DNA of 64,000 nucleotides from Flaccisagitta enflata (taxonomy: Eukaryota): assembly GCA_965153355.1 (NCBI GenBank), contig OZ231126.1, positions 19,778,001-19,842,000 on the forward strand, in the 5' to 3' direction. Of the stretch, positions 53,693-64,000 are shown one piece after another (positions within the stretch are counted from its first letter, which is position 1; every line of letters starts with the position of its first letter). Both the position numbers and the translations under genes were made by a program. A model generated the notes under the pieces. It saw only the letters and a program-made list of their open reading frames with translations. It ran no database searches and was not told where the DNA came from.

Positions 53693-55414
53693 TTTTTTCT
53701 CAAAAGGCTTATCAAGGATTCCACGTGGCATCTTGGCCATAGAACTCGTCTTGGCGGTTTCCACTTTATCACGTCCTTACTAAGCCACTGTTTAAGTTTT
53801 ACTTCGGCCTCTGCATCTTCGTGTGTATGTCTCAGTTTATGTGTGTATAATTCATGCATCGCGTGATCCAGCGTGCTAGACGAAATCGATGCTCAGCGAT
53901 TGATGCTTGATAGTTTGATTTGTTATAAAAGATAAAATTTGAATGAGATTTTGCCTTTAAAGAATTGCCTTGCGGTTATCAACCTGATTGCTTTTTGCCC
54001 GCGGGGCTGATCATCCGTCGCGAGCCACCGAATCTTCAATCCATTAACCAACTTTCTCCTTACTTTCTTGGTGTTTTGGGTTTTTTTTTTCTTCTTTTTT
54101 TTCTACTGTTTTCATTTTCATGACCACGGGTAGGTAAGAAATTAGGAAAAAAGATGATAATGCAATGGATCCCTGCCATAATGGACCTGTAACTAAAGCC
54201 TACCGATATGTTTATTAGTCTCTTATAGGATATTTTGTGGTTATTTCACTCTAAAGCAGCCTTGCCAAACCGCTTAACATGCACTCTCGTTAAGCTTATT
54301 TGTGAATTAAAGATTATTGCTTCAATGGGAGAAAATTGCAACTTGTGACTTGATTTGCATGAAGCGGCCATTAACAACTTTCGATCGGCATCAACCAAAA
54401 TGTAACTACACCCCTTGATTTTATTTCGCTGACTTAGTGACTGTAGTAGGGTTCTTTCACCAAAAATGATTTATCTGAACACATGCGTTATAAAACTCAA
54501 TATAATTATTTGGGCCCTGCCTTGCTGCCTTACTGCCTTGTTTTTGGGTTTTAATATTATCTTAATATAAAATACCTGGTTATAGTGTACTCCCTTGCGT
54601 GGCACGCATTGTCATACAGAACTATTTTACGCGAGTTCATGGTGCATCCGTTGTGGGTGTCCAGCAATCAATCTCGCGATGCGTATACAATCACTTTGTA
54701 TTGAGTTGGAATCAGCTTTTCTATTGATCCACGTTTACTTTGGTTCCTTCCTCGTTCATGTCTCTGTACTTTTTTTTCCTTTACCATCCACTTGTGTCGA
54801 GTCGCGGGCCTCGCGACCCATCCGCCTGCGGGACACTCGTCATCGTCTCACCTTCCAGGCATGACTCCTCGCATCCACGTTTTGCCCTCAGGGGCTCCGT
54901 CCTCATCTTTTCTATTACCACCTCGGGGCTCAAGATCGATATGATCTACTATCTTCTTCGGTTCCTTGGTTTGGGTCGCTGACGACGCGACGATGACATT
55001 TTCGGGTGTTTTTGTCTTGATTTCGTTGATCAGTCAGTGGCAAAATGGATATTGCTTTAAAAAAAGGTGCAAATAATTACATACATTTGTTTGAAGTAAT
55101 TATGTTTATTAAATAAAGTTATTTAAATTCTGTTTTTAAATTCATTTTTTCGAATGTGAAAACTGTTTTTTTTTTAAATTGTGTATCTTCATTATTTGGT
55201 TTTAAAATCTTCTAAAAAGCCATGTGTCGTCCATTGCCTGTTTGGGCCTTACAAAGAAAGGCGACGGATTTCCTTCGTTGAGTCCTTTGAATATTGTCAA
55301 AGGTCGAAGGAACCTGTTTTTGATTCGGCTTGTCTCTGAACGTCTTTCTCCTTTGTGTCCAGCTCGTCTTGATTCATATGTGTTGGCCAGTGGGTGAAAA
55401 GATAGGAAGGAAAA

Positions 55415-55486
<72 letters not shown>

Positions 55487-55641
55487 ATAAAAGAAAGAGA
55501 GGAAAAAAAAAGAAAGAAAGAAAGAAAGAGAAAAAGTGGAAAAAGGCAAAGGGTATTCACTAATAGTGAATCACTATCAGTTAATTTTATTAAGCTCATT
55601 GAAATCAGTAACCTAAAACGTATCATATTTTTTAAATATTC

Positions 55642-55755
<114 letters not shown>

Positions 55756-55805
55756 GAATTCTACGTGATTGATAGTCGAAATTGGTTGGAATTTCGCCTT
55801 GGATG

Positions 55806-55867
<62 letters not shown>

Positions 55868-56072
55868 ATAGGCGAAAGTATATCCGACGAAATAAAAGTT
55901 GCTCCGGTCCTAAGGGACATTCGGAGGAGTCCCGTGGGTCTAAGGAATGTATACAGTGATTGTGGGCATAAACAATAAACCCATTGGGGACCCAGAAGAG
56001 CAGCGAGAGAGCTAGTGAGTGAGAGAGAAAGAGAGATGGCACGGATCGAATAGAAGAAGAACCAAGAGGAAG

Positions 56073-56170
<98 letters not shown>

Positions 56171-56172
56171 AA

Positions 56173-56215
<43 letters not shown>

Positions 56216-57586
56216 GAAGAAAGAAAGAGGTACAGACAACGAGGCAGATGAACCGACAGACTGACAGACAGAAACATAGAGGAACAGACAGACAGTCGCA
56301 TAAAGAAGAAAAGGCTGAGAAGAAAAAATGAGAAGAAATTTCAGAAACCGAGATGAAGACAAAATCAACAAAAATGAATGTTCAAGTAATTGTTGTTGTT
56401 GTTGTTCTCTTCATGAATCAATTGCAGTAGTTTCATTTACTTTGATTTCATTATTTCATTAGTTTTGTCGCGCGTAACATTTTCCATTTTTCTCCATGGT
56501 TTGTTTCTTTGTCTTGTTCCCTTCCCATTTACACCCCTCTGTTGTTATTTCTGTCAACCCCTCCACCATTACTCCCCCCCCCTATTCCTGTTCGTCGTCT
56601 CGTGGTTGTCAGTTTTTGTTGTTATTCATTTGTTTTTGAGTCAGACCCAAACTTCCATTTTTTGTTTGACTGAGTGTGTATCCACCCAGCGTTCGTCTGG
56701 GGAGTCACAAAAACGTTTCCTACCCTTTGCTTCGACATTTCCCAGTTTCGGAATCCCGCGTTGTCGAAGTTAATGCTTCATCCTCTTCATGTTCAGCTTT
56801 TGTAACTTTTCAAGACCACCTCCTATCCTTCTTCCCATTTCAAACGTCAGTTATTTGTATTTGCATATTGCTGTAACTAAAACTACTTTTCCTAGCAGCT
56901 AAGAACGAAGGTTTGGATTCAATTTTAAATAAGATTTTAGTGTCAGTATTGTTCGAATTTGATTATCTTTGATTAGACCGGTAAAAAATAGTTTTTTCCT
57001 TTAGTTTTTGACTACAGTCTGATGCTAAAGTCCCATTTTGGATATGGTTGAGGCGATTTACAATCAACTCAGAATTACAGAATATGTTCGCTTGGTGTTT
57101 CTAAACCCTTTTGATTCTTTCATATTTAGTGCGAGATCGTCAAGTACGTCATGTGCTTAGTGAGTGATCTCGTGGTCAGCCACGCTGAGGTTGCTGTCGG
57201 AAATGCCCCTGATGTCATCATCTAAACAAATGGCACCCTACATGTGTAACCCGAAATCCTTTACTCCATCTCTTCATCATCTCCCTGCTCAACCCCGTCC
57301 CCTTTTCTCGACATATCTCCCTTCCCAGCGGCTTTGATGGGGCTCTCATTTTTAGTCTCGAAGCGCTTCATTTTTCAGCCTGTGAATTTCCTCCTCAAAA
57401 AAATGTTCATTCTCTCTCTCTCTCTCTCTCTGTTGTTCTGGATTTGTTGTAATATCAAAAGGGAATTCCCTGGATGAGGTTTCTCCCTTTTAGAGCAAAA
57501 ATCCTCAACGACCCCGACGGACCAACCAGCCCACTCTCGCTCTCTCTGTCTCTCGACACAGATATAAATGGTTATGAAAGGATGAA

Positions 57587-57694
<108 letters not shown>

Positions 57695-58072
57695 GGAGAG
57701 AGAGAGACAGAGAGAAAGACAGAAAGACAGGGACAGAGAGAGAGAGAGAGTTAGAGAGAGAAAAAGGATAGAGAAAAGAGACTTAAACGTGTCATATTTC
57801 GTAAATTCGCATCCACCCAATTGTGCTTTTGGTACATTCTTTTCAGTATCCAATAATCAGTTTAAAAAAGTATTTTTGGGCCATCGACATTTTTGTGATT
57901 TCTCAGGAGCTTTACGTTTTTCCTTATTCTATTCTCTTTTTTTTTTTGAGCAAAAATGATCCATTCTCAGAGCATCCATTTCTTTTTTCCCCTTTCCCAC
58001 CTTATCTTGTCGCTTACAATACCCTACACACCCCTTCCTCAGTTTCTCCCCTTCATTTCCACAACCTCATGT

Positions 58073-58325
58073 TTTTTAGTCGCGTGCACGCGACTCTACA
58101 ACCCACTCTGTCCGTCTGTCGGTCCGTCGGTCGGTCGGTCCGTAACGCTTAGCTTTTTTTTGTCGTTTTACGCCATTTTAAGTCATTGAAAGTCATTTTG
58201 AGTTATTCAAAGTTAATTTAAGTCAATTTACATTTAGTCTCTTAGTCTCTTAGTCTTTTGGTCTTTTAGTCTTTTGGTCTAATGGTCTTAACAACCGCAC
58301 GCGACTGTAAAGGGTTGTCGTTGTT
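58073..58325 (+). mobile_element. Helentron/DINE-like element (family A)
   Basis: TTTTTAGTCGCGTGCACGCGACTCTACAACCC, (GTCG)n, AAGTCATT-type repeats, second CGCACGCGACT, ends TTGTT. Confidence 0.72.
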
Positions 58326-58687
58326 TCCTTCTCTCCCACTTCCCCACCCGTTCTTTTCTTTTCTCTTTCACTTATCCTTCAGACCCTACTCCGACTCCTC
58401 TACATATTCTTTCTCTGCTTCTCCTCCACTCCCCCCCCCCCCACTCCTTCTCCTTTCTCCCTTTCTTATCCTCCACTTTTCCTCCTCCTCGTCTTCGTCT
58501 TCTGGTTCCATGTTTTGGTCGTCTGGGGAGCATTTCCCATGCAGACGGTTTCCTCTTTCGCCATTTTCCGTTTTCCGTACCAAAAAAACTTTAACATCTA
58601 GAATGTCACCCTGAAACCATTTAAGGTCATCGTCCCGCACCCGAATTCAGAGGATAGTAAAACACGTTTTTTTTCTTTCCTCTCTCA

Positions 58688-58725
<38 letters not shown>

Positions 58726-59741
58726 AGTGCAAATGTGAAAGTGTTAGTTTATGAGCGAAATCGCTTTCGTGCTTTTGGTGTATTGACTTTGCCACAATGC
58801 TGCTTGTGTTTGAAACTTAAACGTCATAACGCTGAACGGGTCATAAGGTTATTAACCGGCTTCACTTTTGGTGAGGCGGAATTAGATTTTGGCGGAGCTT
58901 CAGTCAACCTGCTGTTTGATTATGTGATGTAGTAATTTTATCAAAGGCTTGTTGAGACGATGAATTTTGCTGATAATTGTCAGCTATTTTGGTGATTATT
59001 GTAAAGAACATGGACAAGAAAAAAAAATAATTTTGCTCTCTATTGGTGTCGCCCACCAGTGTGTCAATTGGTGTCACCCATTAGTGTGTCAATTTGTGTT
59101 TCTTTTTCAGATGTTTTCCGATTGTGCTTCCTCCCTTTTCTTTTGAAGCCCGGTTGGAGCTTCCTTCTCCTCTTTCTCCTCTTCCTCCTTTTCCTGCCTC
59201 CGTCTTGGCCACGTGTCCGGAATTTAATTCTTTTTGGCACTTTTCACCTTTTCTTTCTTCTTTTCTTTTTTCCTTTTTTCCCTCTTTCCTTTTTTCTATC
59301 TTTTTTTCTATTCCTTTTCTAACTGCAAAAAAAACAAAAAAAACAACAACTATTTGGTTCAAGAATAAGATACCGAAACGCCGTTCGATTGATATTGGGA
59401 ACAGTCTTTTCTTCCCATATGGTCTGTCCTTTTATCTGACTGTCTTTGTCGGTTTCATTCCAACGTCCCCACCCTTTGTCCCAAAACTCTTAAATTCCTC
59501 AGACTTGAGTCCGAATGTAAAAACTTTCTTTTCTCCTCCTCATCCTCCTTCTTCTCCTCTTCCTCCTTCTTCTCCTCCTACTCTAGGGATACGAAGCCAA
59601 AACTCGGCCTTCCGGAGCTGGTTTCTAGTCTCGGAGGAGAGATAGAGACCGAATGATACTTTGAAACAGAGAGAGAGAGAGAGAGAGCGAGAGCGAGAGC
59701 GAGAGCGAGAGCGAGAGAGCGAGAGCGAGAGCGAGAGCGAG

Positions 59742-59845
<104 letters not shown>

Positions 59846-60074
59846 TGTGTAAAGAAACAGACATACAGTCTTTACAGAGTAAAGATAAACAGACAGCAAA
59901 AGAATAATTTTGCAAATTCTTGCAATGTCAAAGCATGGCAAAAACATTAACTCAATTTCACTATCCATCTGAATGGCAGATATTGCATTACATCAACTTT
60001 TATAATTCATAGTGCCTCTTAGTTTTCTTCAGAATAAAAAAATTAATCCTAGGTTAATTCAGATAGGATTTTAC

Positions 60075-60128
<54 letters not shown>

Positions 60129-61285
60129 CAACTTTTCCCTCTTATTCATATATCCCTTTCGATATCATACTCGCTTCTTCCTTCGGAGTCCCAGGGGAAG
60201 CATAGCAGAAGAAAGGCACCAAAGGTTCCTCCAGAGATTTCCTCCTCTCCTCTCCTTCTCCTCCTCTTCCTCTCCTTTCACTTCTTACTACTCCTCATTC
60301 TCTCCACCTCCTCTTGTTCCGCGTATTTAGCCAACAACCACTTTGTTACATGATCTACGAAGAGGCGTATGAAACTATAAGGTTCACTGCTCGTCCTAGC
60401 CTCCTAGATAGGAAAGTTTCGTTTTTCAGTTTTGTCCGAATCTCTGTCACACCTTTGTGTCATGTGCTTTTGATTTTTTTGTCCTTTCTTGTTTTTTTTT
60501 TGTTTCTGGTTTTGCTCCTTTATCACGCGCTACACATATTTAACGTGTGAATACATTATTACACTGGTTGAAGTTTTACCATTCCCCGGAAAGTTGGGTC
60601 TCATTTATTTGAACGTTTTTGTCCAATTCATGTGGTTTGAGATGACAGGATTCCTTGATGTGAATCGTAGTGATATGTTGCATTGACTGAAGCGTTATCT
60701 CTCTCTCGAAAGGTGAAAAATTAGTTTTGTTTCTGTTTTGAATTGCACGTTTACAAAGAATTATCAATTATGAGAAGCGGAAATCGGAAATTAAGCGAGT
60801 TTGAAGCGGAAATGAAACAATGGAAGATGAATACAAAATAAAATGTGCTGATTGTTAAGATAATATGAATGTGAGTTACCTCTTTTTCGTCGGCTTTGTG
60901 CTTGGTGCAATTACATCTGCCATTGTGCCTTGTGCAATTAAGTCAGTTAGACAAAGCTAGCTATATCAAAGGTTGTATTACAAACACTTGCTTCAGACTG
61001 AGGGTGAAGAAAAAAAAAAAGATCTGGAATAAGTCATCTTTCAATGCATAAGATTTCCCTTTTCTCCTTCTCCTATTTCTTTTTGTGACACAAAAAAGCA
61101 AATATGCATAATCAAATTAATGCGGTCTTTTAACAATTCTCGCTTTACGCTTTTATGGATTATGGACCATTTCGTGGGGAATGTTTTTTTTTCTTGGCAG
61201 GAGCAAAAAAAAAAGAGGTCATGTGATTGTAAAAAAAAAAAGAGGTCATGTGATTGTGATCCAGGCAATTGTCATATAGATATGT

Positions 61286-61381
<96 letters not shown>

Positions 61382-61627
61382 TCTTCGTCTCTCTCTTTTC
61401 TTTTCGGGTCCTAAACGTGAAAAGCTTCTGTGAAGGACAATTTTGATTCCATTACCATTGGCATGATAGGGTCGTCCCTCTTTTGCTCTTCTCTTACTCC
61501 TTCTTCCTCATGGTGACGACGTTACTCTCTCTGCCTCTTTGTCTCTCTCGCTTTTTCTCTGTCTGTCTCTCTGTCTCTCTGTCTCTTTCGCTTTATCTCT
61601 GTCTGTCTGTGTCTGTTTGCCTCTTTC

Positions 61628-61743
<116 letters not shown>

Positions 61744-62024
61744 ATCATTGAAACCTGATCGTGATTGGCTGGAGCTTAACTTTAAAACCTTCTCATTGGA
61801 TCGATTTCCCAAATGGGAGGTGACACAATGGCAGCGCCCCTTGAACATGGAAGGATGGTGTGGAGGAGGAGAGGGGAGGGAGAAGGGGGGGGGGGGCAGG
61901 GAGAGCAGCAGAGAAGGTAGCAATATGAGGAGGAGGAGGAGAAAGAGGTATCAGGGGAATTCTCTTGGTTCCCCTCTGCTTCCAGCTTCATTTGCATCAA
62001 AGTTTTTGTGAAGGGTGAATCTCT

Positions 62025-62084
<60 letters not shown>

Positions 62085-62645
62085 TTCCAATTCCCTCCAA
62101 TTACGCTCCTCTCCCGACTCTTCATTCATCTCTTTTACGCTTTCATAAACCACAATCGTGGTCGCCCATTGTGGTCGACGTAACGGAGCTTAATGGCTGA
62201 AAATTGCAAAGATATTAAAGGGAGAGTATTGTGAAGCGACTCAGAATTGGTCGGCCTAAAAATGGTCGACTTAGAATTGTTCGACCGCGCCTCAAAGTAT
62301 GGTGACAGTCGACTCTATCATCTATTTTATTCATCATGGAGGTTTTTATGTCTGAATGTGTTATCATTGTCAGCTAATGTCTATTACGGGCAAGGATACA
62401 TATTTCGCCGAATATGTGGTGATATCTAAGAAAAATGGCTTAATGTCCGATTTCTGCTCGTGGTCTGCATGACTATAATTTAGAAGAAGAACAGTTTAAA
62501 AATATTGGCATATTCCTTGAACAAATTGCAATTGACACCTTATTTCACCGATTGTTGCAATGGATTATGAATAATGTAGGAAGAAATTTGCCGTTTTCTT
62601 GAGTTGTCTAGGTTAAATCTTGTTGTTAGAGAGTTTGTTATACCC

Positions 62646-62803
62646 AACAAGGCCGGATACACGGCCAATACCAGTCGCGGACGGGTGGGCAGGGGCGGAA
62701 ATGCGTGTTTTCCCACTTTCTGACTCGATCACCACGGACCGACCAACCGACGGACGGACGGACGGACAAAGCCTCTTATAGAGACGCTAGTCCGCGACTA
62801 AAA
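62646..62803 (-). mobile_element. Helentron/DINE-like element
   Basis: Reverse complement of the 32444-32612 element. Confidence 0.78.
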
Positions 62804-62921
62804 AGTCCACGTGTAGAGCAACACGTTCATCGTATCAAAAAACTGTGTTGCCAGGCAGAACACCGGCGTGATGCTACGCAGTGGTATCTTAGGTCTCTCT
62901 CTACCATCTCCATTGAGTCTT

Positions 62922-63020
<99 letters not shown>

Positions 63021-63125
63021 TCCATCCCCTTTTTGTTAGCTTTTGGAGGAGAATAATGCGATGGGTCGCAGTTGCAAGTTTTATGGTGAGGAAGAATGAA
63101 CATCGTTGGGGTGGGCTTGAGAAAA

Positions 63126-63227
<102 letters not shown>

Positions 63228-64000
63228 CTTCAATAGATTTATAGGGTGGGCAACGGGATAAAAGACGGTTGTGATGTTCCTGCATCATCCTTTTCATGGA
63301 TGTTCTTTCATCGCCATTGACATGAAAGAAAGAAGAGAAAAGAAGAAAAGAAGAGAGATTCACCTCGACCAAGTTGAAAAAACGGAATAACGAAGGCAGA
63401 GATATTTAATATTCCATCTTTTTCGCGTCTTGTCTCCCGATTGATATTCATTTCGGATTTTCTTCTATTCATTCAAACGTGGACATCGCAATTTCGGGTT
63501 GACACAACCAACTAATAGCGGAAATCTGGATCAGAAAAAGAAGAAGAGGCAGACTAAGATAAAGGGAAGAGAGGAGAAAAGAAAAATCAGCTTCATGGGA
63601 AGAAAAGAGAAACAGAACCAAAAAAGCATGAATGAGAAGGAGATTCAGTGGCCGTCGTTCGGTCGGTCCGTTGGTTGGTATGTCAGTCCATTGGTTGGTC
63701 ATGCGGTCGGTCCATTGGTTGGTATGTTGGTCCATTGGTCGGTCGTTCGGTCGGTTCGTTGGTTGGTATGTTGGTCCATTCGTCAGTCGTTCAGTGTTAG
63801 TCAGTCCGTCTCCACGATACGATACAAATTAGCCACGGAGAGACCTTAAGGAGAGATTCCTTGATCCGATCTTTAAGCTTCTTTTCTTGGAGAGAGAGAG
63901 AAAGACAGAGAGAAAAGATCTTGAATGGAACAGAGGATGAGAGGAAGAGATGAATAACATGAAAGATGATTTTAACGTCTCTGGGCATCCGGCCTTCAAA

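Noticed and set aside
54780-54990. Possible fourth exon of the ZNF gene
   Set aside because: CpG-rich with a CCTTCCAG acceptor, but the required phase hits a stop after ~28 codons and encodes no zinc finger.
58689-58723. Poly(A) run as a retrocopy tail
   Set aside because: No TSD, polyA signal or recognisable upstream body.

Overview
Eukaryotic (invertebrate metazoan-looking) genomic DNA with GT-AG introns, rich in repeats; there is no prokaryotic content. From left to right: (1) an apparently intact non-LTR retrotransposon on the minus strand (gag-like ORF1 with three CCHC knuckles, endonuclease+RT ORF2, 3' stem-loop, AATAAA and (CATTT)6 tail); (2) the last exons of a STRAD-like pseudokinase gene; (3) a complete 12-exon Vav RhoGEF gene (981 aa, CH-Ac-DH-PH-C1-SH3-SH2-SH3); (4) a complete 5-exon secreted coiled-coil + atypical C-type lectin gene (290 aa); (5) the first three coding exons of a ZNF423/ZNF521 (Oaz)-like zinc-finger gene with very long introns running off the window. 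Introns and spacers hold many TA-flanked MITEs (several nested), Helentron/DINE-like elements, microsatellites and minisatellites. The most unusual region is 37.4-46 kb in intron 1 of the ZNF gene: a telomere-like (TTAGGG) foldback next to a 154-bp satellite with a 6-unit higher-order repeat, tied together by an 18-bp motif that recurs roughly 60 times. A GCACCC cluster in intron 3 may be an autoregulatory element. All gene names come from motif recognition by eye; no database search was run, and the species is not identified.
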